From positions 1,132,022-1,196,021 of the forward strand of contig CAWKGZ010000003.1 in assembly GCA_963849335.1 (NCBI GenBank): a stretch of DNA of 64,000 bases, given 5' to 3'. Positions 1 to 11,000 of this stretch are shown one piece after another (within the stretch, counting starts at the first letter, position 1; every line of letters starts with the position of its first letter). Made by a program: the position numbers and the translations under genes. Source of the stretch: an uncultured Chloroflexia bacterium. GTDB lineage: Bacteria; Chloroflexota; Anaerolineae; Anaerolineales; UBA4823. The notes beneath the pieces are model-generated. The model was given only the letters and a program-made list of their open reading frames with translations, searched no databases and had not been told where the DNA came from.

Positions 1-649
1 CCATTTTCACCTCGGCGATAGCGATATTGTCCAGCCGGGACATGCGCGCCCCGGCATAAAAAGCCAGCTCCACATCCAGCGTCACCCGCTCGCACAGCTG
101 CTTGCTCACCAGGGTCAGGCGGGTGAAGGTGTTCCACAGCTTTGGCTCCAGCGCCTGGCTGTCGTAGGGGTAAACATCCTGCAGCCAACCTTCTGCTTCT
201 TCGGTCATATAGGTCAGCGGCTGCGGCGTGGAGAAGCGCTCCTTGATCGTGCGGTCTTTCGGCGTGCGGTGTTTCACTTCCAGGTAGGAAAGGTGGGTAT
301 CGGTGTATTCCCGGCTGCGCACCTTGTAGCGGTCCGCCCGCCCGTTGACGTGCAGCAGGTACAGCTCAAAGCCCGGGGAGTCGAAGTACAGTGTGCGGTA
401 GTGGTTCAGGCGCTGCCCGTCCACCGCCAGCATCCAGTAATCTTGCTGCAGTGCAGCCAATGCCTGGCGCAGCTGCCCGCTGGACAGCAAGAACTTGGTA
501 TCCGTGCGGTCCAGCAGCGCCACCGCTTCCATCTGCTCCAGTCTGATCGGCTCGTAGTTTTGTGCCAGGGCTGCCAGGCCATAGGGGATGGTGTACCATC
601 CCTGGCTGGTGCCCGGTACTACCCATTGCTGTAGCCGGGATTGGTCCAT
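1..649 (-). CDS. VTC domain-containing protein (polyphosphate-polymerase-like); C-terminus lies beyond the window edge
   Basis: Absent from the ORF track because it has no in-window stop. The reverse strand from ATG (649-647) reads MDQSRLQQWVVPGTSQGWYTIPYG...HVNGRADRYKVRSREYTDTHLSYLEVKHRTPKDRTIKERF...CERVTLDVELAFYAGA and stays open to base 1. The RxKVRxRxY / LEVK block is what I associate with bacterial VTC (PF09359-type) proteins. Confidence 0.65.
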   Translation of the reverse strand, partial: MDQSRLQQWVVPGTSQGWYTIPYGLAALAQNYEPIRLEQMEAVALLDRTDTKFLLSSGQLRQALAALQQDYWMLAVDGQRLNHYRTLYFDSPGFELYLLHVNGRADRYKVRSREYTDTHLSYLEVKHRTPKDRTIKERFSTPQPLTYMTEEAEGWLQDVYPYDSQALEPKLWNTFTRLTLVSKQLCERVTLDVELAFYAGARMSRLDNIAIAEVKM

Positions 650-821
650 TGTGCTCGTTGTATGCCAGGTCGTAGGTTGTATCATGTGTCTCCTGAGGGC
701 GCAAATGTGTAATCGTTGAGAAGCATGATACTGTGAGATCAGCGAAGATTGGTTTATTTTTTGTATAGGGATGGTGAAGTGAAAACATCCTTTTCCAGCA
801 AGAAGCGCATGTTACTCAAAA

Positions 822-916
822 AGACCCTAAAGGTTTCCATTGCTTCCTGGGCGCCAGGATTGCCAGGCATTCGAGTCAGCCATAGTTCGGTCTGGCACGG
901 GAAACCTTTAGGGTCT
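822..916. repeat. Perfect 17-bp inverted repeat (AGACCCTAAAGGTTTCC / GGAAACCTTTAGGGTCT) with a 61-nt spacer, just downstream of the beta-helix lipoprotein gene
   Basis: Arms 822-838 and 900-916 are exact reverse complements. The GACCCTAA(A/G)GG core recurs near 18556, 18695, 46871 and 46915. Confidence 0.8.
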
Positions 917-950
917 GTATTCCAATCAATATAGGCGATCTTCTACGGCC

Positions 951-2803
951 TCATCCTCCCCCACCGCCCCCGCTGCCGATCATCGTTACCACGCCGGAGA
1001 CGGTGAAGCTGGTCAGCTCCGTTCCCGCGCTGTACGCCCCATCCTGGTACAGCCCGTCGACCAGGCTGCCGCTGGAGCTGCCGCCGTAGTACACCGTGTA
1101 CGTCTCACCATTGACCAGCTCTGGCGACGAGAAGGCGATCGACTGGTACTGCTTGGTCGCGGCAAAGGTCAGGATATCTTCGCCGGCGCTGTTCTGAATG
1201 TGGATCAGCGTGCCGGCTGGCAGGCTGCCGTTGAGGTTGATCAGCAGCGAATTCTGGCTGGAGGATCCGTCGGGCGCCTGCGCCATACCGGCGCTGCCTG
1301 CCGCTACCAAAAAGCCGCCGCTCAGGCTGAATCCGCCGTCATAATCCAGCGCGCCGTTCATGTTCTCGGTGGGGCCGTTCACCAGCACCGTTCCGCCGGT
1401 CATGGCGATGGCGCCGTTGATATCCAGCCCATCACCATCCGCATCTACATAGATGTACCCGCCGTTGATATAGAGATAGTAATCGCCGGTAGTAGTTGAA
1501 CGCATCCTGCCCCGGCCCGCCGCCTCGCCCGCCGCCAAAGCCGGGATTCATCCCCGAGGCGTCGTTGCCCGCCGCGACGTTGATGCCGTCATCGCTGGAC
1601 AGGATGTGCATCTCGCCGCCGTTGATCGTGATCACCGCGCTTTCCAGCCCTTCATAGGACTTGGTGATTTGAATATTCCCACCGTTGATGGTCAGCGTGG
1701 CATCCGCGTGCATGCCGTCATCGCCGGAAGCGATGTCGAAGCTGCCGTTGTTGATCGTGATGCTGCCGTTGGAGTGGATCGCGTCGTCGGCGCAGTCGAA
1801 GGCAAAGCGTGCCGCCGTCGATGTTCACGCTCACCACGCCCTTGATGCCCTTCGCCGAGATGGTTTCGTCGGCCCAGGCGCCGCTGCCGCCCCCCGAGTG
1901 CACTGTGATCTCGCCCCCGCGCACCATTACATCCGTCTGCGCGCTGATCGCATCCCCGCCGGCGGTGATGTTCAACACCCCCGCCTCGATGGAGATAAAG
2001 CCTTTGGCCGCGTCTTCTGCGTTGTCGGCTTTCAGCCCGTCGCCCCCGGCCTCGACCGTGATGGCGCCGTCTTCGATCACCAGGTAATCCTTACCGCGCA
2101 CGCCGTCGTCCACCGCCGTCACGTTGATCGTACCGCTGGCGATGATCAGCCCGTCCTTGCTGGCGATGCCGTCGTTGTTGTTGCCCTGCACGCTCAGCGA
2201 GCCGCTGCCGAAGATGGTCAGGTCCGCGGCGCTGAAGATGGCCGCATTGGGCTCATCGGTATCGGGGTTTTCCAGGACATAGTCCTCACCGTCAGAGATC
2301 GTATTGTCTGTATTCTCAGCCAGGTAGATCAGCGTTTCATCGCTCTGCAGGATATAGATCGCTGCGCTGCTCGAATTGTGGATGTCCACGCCGTTCAGGA
2401 TCAGGCGCACCATCCCCTCCGCCTCGCTATTGACGATGATCTGTCCATCATCCAGCGCGCCGCTCAGGCTGTAGGTGCCCGCCGCGGTGATCGTCGCCGT
2501 GCCCCCACCCTCCACCGTGACGCCCTCGCCGTCTACGGAGATCGAATCACCGTTCAGCGTGATCGGGATCACCACCGCATCTTCCCAGGTGTAGTCACTG
2601 GCGTCTTCGTGCACCGTGCTGTTCTCCGCCAGCGCCTCAGCGACCGTCGCCGCGCCGGTGGCGGCGCTGGGGGCGGATACAGTGGTCGTATTTTCGCTTT
2701 GCCCGCTGCTCACCCCGCTGATCGTTTCCGCGCTGCTCGCCGAGCAGGCGCTAAGTGTCAAAACTAAAATAAGCGTGCTGATTGCTGCAATTGTTTTCTG
2801 CAT
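951..2803 (-). CDS. Cthe_2159-type (PF14262-like) carbohydrate-binding parallel beta-helix lipoprotein; reading frame broken twice in this assembly
   Basis: Minus-strand ORFs 1718-2803, 1432-1713 and 951-1538 form one protein. It has the lipoprotein signal MQKTIAAISTLILVLTLSAC, then repeated beta-helix rungs (G-x-I-x-I, DDGI/DDGM/GDGL) that continue across both breaks: ...VNIDGGTL | DDGMHADATLTINGGNIQITKSYEGLES | YLYINGGYIYVDADGDGLDING... The breaks are near ~1800 and ~1510. Confidence 0.7.
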
Positions 2804-2922
2804 ACCAAATCTCCTGTGTTTGCTTTGCTGGAATCCAGCTTGCCTGATTGTACGCGACAGGCGCTCGCTTCAGGTATAGATTTGGTATAGCGCTCGGACA
2901 GGTTTCTACGGTAACCTGCTCG

Positions 2923-4812
2923 TCATATCGTCCCGTCACTCAACTCGAAATTCAAGAACATATTCACTACATCCGGATCGAAATGCTTTCCAGACTGCTC
3001 ACGAATATAATCCAACACTTTTTCTCTGGGCCATGCAGCCCGGTAAGGCCGGTCCGATAAGAGGGCATCCCATACATCGACGATACTGAAGATTCGTGCC
3101 GCCAACGGGATTTGCTTACCTTTTAAACCGCACGGGTAGCCCGTTCCATCCCATTTCTCATGGTGGCAGTAGGGAATATCCAGCGCCGGACGCAGATAGG
3201 CGATGGGGAAGAGCATGTTGTGGGCATACTGCGGGTGTCGCTTCAGGAGCGCCCATTCCTCTTCAGTAGGTTTGCCGGGTTTGAACAGGATGGCGTCGGG
3301 CACGCCTAGCTTGCCGATATCGTGCAAGAGCGCCCCGCGCCGGGTATGGACGAGTTCATCTTCCTTCATGCCTATTACCCTCGCCAGTCGCATGGTGAGT
3401 TCGGTGACACGCAAGGTGTGGCCTTGCGTTTCCCTATCGCGCAAGTCCATAGCTTGCGACCAGCCCTCGATGGTGGCGTCGTAAGCCTGCTGCAACTCCA
3501 GGTTGGAGCACTGCAGGTCAGTGAACAATTGGCTATTATCAATGGCAAGCGCAGCTTGCCCGGCCAGTGTTTTCAGGAAATCCAACCATTCAGTGTTCGG
3601 ATTTGGCGCAGAGCGAAGGAAGACCTCCATCACGCCTTTGACCACACCTTTGGTGATCAGAGGAATACCGAAATAACACACAAAGCCTTCCTGATAAAAT
3701 ATGGGCGAACGTAAGAAGTCCGTCTTGCGGGTTTGAAGATCTGGAAGATGTACGATTTGCCGGCTCATCGCTACCCGGCCAGCGTAACTCTCACCCAGCC
3801 GCAGGTGCGTGTGGTGCAAGGCATCTGTGCGAAAACCGCGGCCAGTGCACCATTCGAGAATTTGGGTATGCGGATCGAGCAGCAAGATGCCGGCAGCATC
3901 TATACCCAATTGAGCCGCGCTCTGCTCTAGTACCAACTTGAGGGCTGGTAGCATGTCCATGTTGGCGGCGATGGTGATGTCTATCTCATGCAAGGCAGCC
4001 AGGCGGTTCAATTGACGGCGAATTTTTTCTTCGGCTTGCTCGCGCTCGGTGATGTCGGTGATCACGGCGATCGCGCCGGCGACTTTACCATCGACCAGGC
4101 GAGGCACGTCTGTAATCAACACCGGCACTTCGTGTCCGTCGCTGTGGCGCAGGCGAGTCTCATAGGTTTCCGAGGTTGCCGATTCAGGGTTGCGTCTGCG
4201 TGCGAGCCCTCTTTCCAACTCCGCCAGACCGGCGTCGATGGTGTAATACTGCAGTCTTTTGCCCGATAGTTCCTCGGGGGTGCTGCCAATCATCCGCGCG
4301 AAGGCAGGGTTGACGTACTCGAAGTATCCTTCGGGGTTGGTGATGATCAACCCTTGCCCCATGCTGTCCATCACCTGTGCAGAAAAGTCACGCTCGGCGC
4401 GCAATGTCTCTTCCGCCCGTTGACGCTCAATCGCATAGCGCAGGACGCGCAACAGCGTAGAACCTTCAATTTCTCTCTTGACCAGGTAATCTTGCGCACC
4501 CTGTCTGATCGCTTCGAGGGTGGTGAAATCATCGCCCAGGCCGCTGAGCACCACAACCGGTATTTTGGGGAACCCTTTAATGATGGTGGTAAGTGTCTCC
4601 AGCCCGTGGCTATCTGGCAGGTTGAGGTCCAGCAGGATCACATCATAGTCCTGCTCAGCAAGCTGGATCAAGCCGTTGGAAAGACAGTCGGCGTGTGTCA
4701 GTTTGATCTTAGCATTTTCGGCCTTTGCTAGAGCAACCCTCAATAGGAGGACGTCATCTGGATCGTCCTCAATCAGCAGGATTTGGATAGTACCAGGGTT
4801 TGTTTTGTCCAT
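2923..4812 (-). CDS. Response regulator with REC-PAS-GAF-HD-GYP architecture (putative c-di-GMP phosphodiesterase output)
   Basis: 629-aa ORF. Receiver domain (ILLIEDDPDDVLLL...DVILLDLNLPDSHG...VVVLSG), then a PAS region, a GAF region, and a C-terminal HD-GYP domain (LHDIGKLGVPD...HHEKWDGTGYPCGL...DVWDALLSDRPYR). Confidence 0.85.
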   Translation of the reverse strand: MDKTNPGTIQILLIEDDPDDVLLLRVALAKAENAKIKLTHADCLSNGLIQLAEQDYDVILLDLNLPDSHGLETLTTIIKGFPKIPVVVLSGLGDDFTTLEAIRQGAQDYLVKREIEGSTLLRVLRYAIERQRAEETLRAERDFSAQVMDSMGQGLIITNPEGYFEYVNPAFARMIGSTPEELSGKRLQYYTIDAGLAELERGLARRRNPESATSETYETRLRHSDGHEVPVLITDVPRLVDGKVAGAIAVITDITEREQAEEKIRRQLNRLAALHEIDITIAANMDMLPALKLVLEQSAAQLGIDAAGILLLDPHTQILEWCTGRGFRTDALHHTHLRLGESYAGRVAMSRQIVHLPDLQTRKTDFLRSPIFYQEGFVCYFGIPLITKGVVKGVMEVFLRSAPNPNTEWLDFLKTLAGQAALAIDNSQLFTDLQCSNLELQQAYDATIEGWSQAMDLRDRETQGHTLRVTELTMRLARVIGMKEDELVHTRRGALLHDIGKLGVPDAILFKPGKPTEEEWALLKRHPQYAHNMLFPIAYLRPALDIPYCHHEKWDGTGYPCGLKGKQIPLAARIFSIVDVWDALLSDRPYRAAWPREKVLDYIREQSGKHFDPDVVNMFLNFELSDGTI

Positions 4813-4875
4813 GAGGTCTGTAGGCTTCTATCAGCGCTTCCTAGTATCAACCATGCACTTAAGTTCCAATTTGAT

Positions 4876-6040
4876 TTATGCTACCCATCCTGGGGATGCT
4901 GATAACCTTTTGGTTATCTCGACAAAAGCCCTCGAGGTATCACAATCGGGCCGGTAGAGCACAACCGGTACTCCCGCGCGTTGTGCTGCGGATACAACTT
5001 CAGCTCCTGTTGGGATAACCCCGCTGACCTCATGCCCCAACCCGGCTCTGAACGCATCGAGTTTAATTGGCGTAGGGACAAGGTGTACGGTTGACCACGA
5101 TTACGCCAATCCGATCCCCCTGCAATCCCCATGCCCTCATCTGCTCTACAGCAACAATTCCCGACGCCAGAGCAGTTGATTCAGGTTCGACAACTAATGT
5201 GACTAGATCACAGCGTTGCATGGATACCTGGTTGGCGACCGAGGGATAGCAGGGTAAATCAAGGATTACATAATCTACCATCGAGGCGATTGTATTGAGT
5301 ATCATCTCCACTTGTTTCGGTTCAATCTCTCGATTTTCTGCCACGCTTTGCGGGCCGACCAAGAGCCTCAAACCTGATGGGAGATCGATCAAATGCGAAC
5401 TAACATCACGCTCACCGATTTTACCTGGATCAAGTTCAAGCAAACTAACCAAACCTAGAGGCTGAACCAGGTTTAACTGGGCCGAGAATGTCCCATAGCT
5501 GGACCTGATTTCTGCAGCTACTACCTTTTTCCCCTGCATGACGAATGCGGTAGCGAAGTTCAGTGCAACCGTAGTTGTGCCGACACCCCCTTTGGCGCCT
5601 ATAAAGCCCAACACCTTGGCTGGTTTTCTAGGTATGGAACGGCGCAAATGGCGATAGCGTAACAAGAGAGCTTTTACACGCGCAAAGAGTTCTTCCGGTG
5701 TAATGGGTTTGGTTAGATATTCATCCGCACCTGCTTCCAAACCTTTGATCTTGTCAGATACTTGCATCTTGGCGCTTAGCATGATGATAGGCAAATCGGC
5801 GGTCTCTTGCCTCTTCCTTAGTTGTTCACATACTTCCACGCCGGTCATGTCTGGCATCATATCATCCAGGATGACTAAATCTGGCGCCTCAGTTTGGACT
5901 TTGCTTAAAGCCTCTGCGCCGTTCGGCGCAACAACCACATCATAACCCTCAGCTTGTAAGGCATAACTGACCATGCGCAATACATTCGGCTCATCATCAA
6001 CAACCAGGATCTTGGCACCCAAGCTAATCCGCTCAACCAT
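4876..6040 (-). CDS. REC domain fused to a CpaE/TadZ/MinD-type P-loop ATPase; one frameshift near ~5080
   Basis: ORF 5063-6040 has a receiver domain (ILVVDDEPNVLRMV...DLVILDDMMPDMTG) plus the deviant Walker A GAKGGVGTTTVALNFA. It stops abruptly at ...VVNRTPCPYAN. A -1/+1 shift continues as LVPTPIKLDAFRAGLGHEVSGVIPTGAEVVSAAQRAGVPVVLYRPDCDTSRAFVEITKRL, a typical MinD/CpaE C-terminus, ending at TAA 4878-4876. Confidence 0.75.
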
Positions 6041-6043
6041 AGA

Positions 6044-7529
6044 TCATCTCCCTTTCCTCTCGGGGATGGTTACGGTGAATGCGCTTCCCACACCCAATTT
6101 ACTCTTCACCGTAATGCATCCTCCGTGAGCTTCAACGAATTGTTGAGAAATATACAGCCCTAAGCCCGTTCCATAGATATTCTTTTTAAGCGGGTTCCTG
6201 ACTTGGTAGAATTTATCAAATACCTTTGATAAGTCTTCTTCAGGAATGCCAGATCCCTGATCAATAATTCGGATCGTTATGTTGCCATTCATTTTCTTCC
6301 CCGAAACCAATATTTTACTGCCTGGTTCAGAGAACTTTATGGCATTCTCCACCAAATTGGCCAACACGCGTCGCATCCGCAACGGATCGACTTCGGCAAT
6401 CATCGATGATTCCATTGGGGCCGATGTCAAAGAAATATGCCCCACATTTGCTTTTTCTTGAAATGATTGTAAGTACTTCCAGGATGACCGCGCCCAGATC
6501 TAGTTCCTCCCAGTTCAACACCAAACGATCACTTTCCAATCGAGAAATATCTAACAATTCGTTCACCATATCCAATAAGCGATCTACATCCTTAGCTGCA
6601 CGTGTAAGGAACTCCTTCTGCACCTCAACATCGTTCACTTTCCCATTGCGCAGCAAGTCCAAATATCCAATCAGGCTAAACAGCGGAGTTCTCAGATCAT
6701 GGGACACACTTGCTATGAATTCTTCCTTCAATTTCATTAGCCGCTTTTCCGCTTCCATCGCATGGATCCACGCAGTGATGTCACGCGTGATACCGATGAA
6801 GGCTGTGGGGGTGCCATGCACGTCGCGAATGATGGCAGTGTTGAGTTCTGCTGAAAAACGACTGCTATCCTTGCGCAGCATTGTGTAATTGATATTTGTG
6901 ACCTTGCCATCTTCGAGCGCCTTCAGGCTATTCTGCACTGCAAATTGTCGTTCTTCCGGAACAATCAGTTCGAAGACATTAATGCCTATCATGGCCTCGG
7001 GGCTATCATAGCCATGTAGGAGCGCCGTTTGTTGATTGCACAGCACCAGTTTGCCTTCCATGTCAGTCAGGGTAATACCATCGGGGGAAGCATCTACCAG
7101 GGCGCGGTATTTGGCCTCGCTTATCCGTAGCACAGACTCGACCTGCTTACGCTCAATCGCATAATGTAGCAGGTGCACCAGGATTGAGCTGCCAATTTCA
7201 CTCTTGACCAGGTAATCTTGCGCACCCAACTCGATCGCTGCAATGGTTGTGGCGTCGTCGGACAGGCCACTGAGTACCACAACCGGCAGCTCGGGGAACC
7301 TTTTGACGATGGTGGTCAGTGTCTCTAGCCCGCGGCTATCTGGCAAGTTGAGGTCCAACAGGACAACATCAAAGTCTTGCTCGGCAAGTTGGATTAAACC
7401 GCTGGAAAGAGTTGCGGCATGTACCAGCTTGATCTGGAGCACATTGGCTTTTGCTAGAGATGTTTTCAATAGCAGGACGTCATCTGGATCATCCTCGATC
7501 AGCAAGGCGCGAATTAGCTCAGTACCCAT
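6044..7529 (-). CDS. Hybrid sensor kinase REC-PAS-HisKA-HATPase_c; one frameshift near ~6450
   Basis: ORF 6327-7619 (likely start MGTELIRALLIEDDPDD at 7529) carries REC, PAS and the H-box FIASVSHDLRTPL. The catalytic domain (RRVLANLVENAIKF...DQGSGIP...GTGLGLYISQQFVEAHGG) lies in overlapping ORF 6044-6445 in another frame. Confidence 0.8.
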
Positions 7530-7542
7530 ATCATTATTCCGT

Positions 7543-8000
7543 TCAGGTACCCTCTGCAGGCAAGCGCACGACATGCTCCCAATACTGCTGCAATCCTTGG
7601 ATGGCTTCAACCAGGCCACCGAATTTCATTGGTTTTGTGATGTAGCCGGCGGCACCAGCATCATAACTTTGCATGATATCTTCCTCGGAATTAGAAGTGG
7701 TTAGCACCACCACCGGGATGCGCCTCAGTGCCGGATCGGCTTTGATTTCTTCGAGGACTTCACGGCCATTTTTGCGCGGCATATTCAGGTCAAGCAAGAT
7801 CACGTCGGGCATGCGGATAGTTCGCCTGGTTGCTGAATTCTCCCTGCCGCCGCAGGTACTCCAACAATTCGACGCCGTCGTTAACGAAGTGTAAGGCATC
7901 ACTCATATTGTCGTTCTCGAAAGGCTTCTTTGACCATCAAACGGTCATCGGAGTCATCCTCGGCCATCAGATAGATTAAATAATTTACTTTGTTACTCAT
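7543..8000 (-). CDS. Single-domain CheY-like response regulator; two frameshifts (~7915 and ~7815)
   Basis: ATG at 8000 overlaps the upstream kinase stop (TGATG). Three frames join to MSNKVNYLIYLMAEDDSDDRLMVKEAF | NDNMSDALHFVNDGVELLEYLRRQGEF... | MPDVILLDLNMPRKNGREVLEEIKADPALRRIPVVVLTTS...GYITKP, a complete receiver domain. Confidence 0.65.
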
Positions 8001-11000
8001 CAGGTCTGTCTCCTTTTAGATTGATGGATGGGCATAGTGACAATGAAGGTTGATCCTTCTCCAGGGGTAGTGGTGGCGGTGATCTTCCCACGATGGCGTT
8101 CGACGATCCGGCGGCAGATGGCTAACCCCATGCCACTGCCCACATATTCTTCCCGGCTGTGCAGGCGCTCGAAGGGCTTGAAAATGCGGTCCAGATATTT
8201 GATGTCAAAGCCAATCCCGTTGTCTTCGACTGAGATCTGACAGTCATCCCCATCGATATTCGCAGATATCTTGATCAGCGGAGATGATCCCTCGCGTTGG
8301 AATTTCAAGGCGTTGATGATCAGGTTTTGTAACAACTGGTGCATCTGGGTCGGGTCAGCCTCGATCATGGGCAGATTGCCGATTTCTATGCGGCCTTGGG
8401 TTCTCTCGATTTGGTTCTCCAGGTCAGAGATCACTTCCTGAGCAACCGTCTTTAGGTCAACTTCGGTATAGGGTCGGGAGCGCGTTCCACGCGGGCGAAG
8501 CTCAACAAGTCAGTGATCAAAGTCATCATGCGCTGGCTGGCGGATTCCATCCGTTTCATGTAGTCGCGTCCGGTTTCGTCGAGCGCATCTCCATATTCGC
8601 TTACTATCAAGTCGCTAAAGGCCAGCACCTTGCGCAGGGGTTCCTGTAAGTCGTGGGAGGCGACGTAGGCAAACTCCTGCAGGTCGCGGTTGCTCTGCTC
8701 GAGGGCAGTCGCGTAAACCTGCAAGTCAATCTCAGCCTGCTTAGCGATGGCTATGTCCTCGATTGTTGTAAGCAAGTGCTGCTCTCCATTAGAAACAAAG
8801 GGAGTAAAGCTGGCAATCCAGCCAGACTTCTTTCCCAAACTCGCTTGTTATATGGATTTCCCGCCGTGTTTCCTTACCGCTGGCTACCACCTCACGGGCA
8901 GACTCGAGCAACCCTGATTTCTTCCAGGATTCAATGGAATTGTAATTCTGGCCCAGAACCTGTGCGCGGGTCGCGCCAAGGATCTTAGCGATTGCCTCGT
9001 TTGCTAAGATGCACTGCCCGGAAGAGTTATAGACACTGATGCCCAATGAAGACGCATTAATCAGCGTAAGGTTTAACTCGAGCGCGTCGGCAATTCGTTG
9101 TTGGATTAGTTTGCGCTCGATGACATTGGTCACTTGAGCGGAGACAAACTCCAGCATTTCCATATCTGCATGACTGAACCGCACGCTCTCAGTGTAACTC
9201 TGTACGGCGATCACACCGAAAATCTTCTCGCCCACTTTCAACGGTACACCCAGCCAATCCACTGAATCACTGCCCACCAGCGCCACTTCGCCTTGCTGGA
9301 CAAGTGATATAAATGTCTGCCTATCAGCCAATAATGGGCGACCGGTGCGCAGTACGTATTCGGTTAAACCGCGGCCTGGTTTTTGGGTCGGGGAGGCTTC
9401 GTCTTTCTGATCCACAAAGTAAGGAAAACTGAGCAAGTCAGTGTCCGGATCGTACAATGCGATGTAGAAGTTGTCCACCGGCATCAGCTTGCCGAGGGCG
9501 CGATGGATGGTGAGATAGAGATCTTCAGGCCTCCCGGTGACCGCCGCGTGGGAGATGGTATACAGCGCCTCCTTCACCAGCTCCGCCTGCCTGCGCTCGG
9601 CGATGTCGGTAAGGAAATTCAATGAAGCGGGCTTGCCTTCCCACTCGATCAATACCGCGCTGATCTCTACCCATGTGGTTGTGCCGTCGCGCCCCATCAA
9701 CCGGAAAGTGTATCTAGGAATCACATCGCCCTTCATCCGGCTCCGATAATGTTCCATCACCAAGCCCCGGTCATCCGGGTGGATGAACTCGGAAAAAGGC
9801 CGCGATAATAATTCCTGCTCCGCATAACCGGATATGTCACAGGTAATGCGATTAACGAACTTAAGCATGCCCTCCTGTATTACGATGATGGCTTCGCTGG
9901 CATTGTCCACCAGCAGGCGGTACTTCTGCTCGCTTTCCTGGAGGGCCAACTCCACACGCCTGCGCTCGGTGGTGTCCAGTACTATGCCTTCCAGACGCAC
10001 GGCTTTGCCCGTTGCATCGTAAAAACCGCGTCCTTTTGCCGCAAGCCAATGGATGCTTCCATCAGGCCAGAGACTGCGATATTCAATGTCGTAATCTTTG
10101 TGATTGTCGAGCGTATCCTTTACCGCCATATCTGTCCTCTCACGGTCATCAGGATGTAATGCATCACTGAAGCGCTGATAGCTCATGGTTTCATCAAGCG
10201 GTATGCCAAAAAGTGCTTTGCACTGATTGGACCAGATCAATTCGCCGGTAACGATATTCCAATTCCAAATCCCGAGATTAGCACCTTCTGTTGCAAAGAG
10301 CAAGCGCTCTTTACTTATCTTAAGAGTTTCTTCCGCCTGCTTGCGCTCGGTGATGTCGGTAAGGAAATTCGATGTAGCCGGCTTGCCTTCCCACTCAATC
10401 AATCCATGTCTGATCTCTACCCATTTGCTTTTGCCATCGCGTTCCAGCATCCGGATGGTGTGTTCATGTGTAATCCTTTCGCCCTTCATCCGGCTCAGAT
10501 AATGTTCCATCACCAGGCCCCGGTCATCCGGGTGGATGAACTCGGAAAAAGGCCGCGATAATAATTCCTGCTCCGAATAACCGGTTAGGTCACATGTAAT
10601 GGGATTGACGAACTTAAGGTAGCCATCCTGTACTACGACGATGGCTTCGCTGGCATTGTCCACCAGCTGGCGGTACTTCTGCTCGCTTTCCTGGATGGCC
10701 AACTCCACACGCTTGTGCTCGCTGATATCCCAGAAAATGCCGAGAATAGCAACGATTTCACCGTTCTCGTCCTTTACCGGTACCTTTATGGTGTGAATCC
10801 ATGTTTCTCTACCTGCCTGCAGGTGCTCATCGTCAAACTCCTCTTGCTGCGCCGTTTCCATGATTCTGATATCCTCCGCCCTGTACTTTTCGGCAGTATC
10901 CTTGGGGAAGAATTCGTAGTCCGTTTTCCCCACGATATCTGCTGGTCGAATACCGAGATCTCGGGCGAAGTTCTCATTGACGGAAAAATATCTTAACTCC

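Noticed and set aside
1685-2767. 360-aa plus-strand ORF, along with 1606-1845 and 1809-2087
   Set aside because: It is antisense to the beta-helix lipoprotein gene. Its Arg/Ala/Gly/Asp-rich, low-complexity composition is typical of the reverse frame of GC-rich coding DNA. The opposite strand gives a family-typical protein with a lipoprotein signal.
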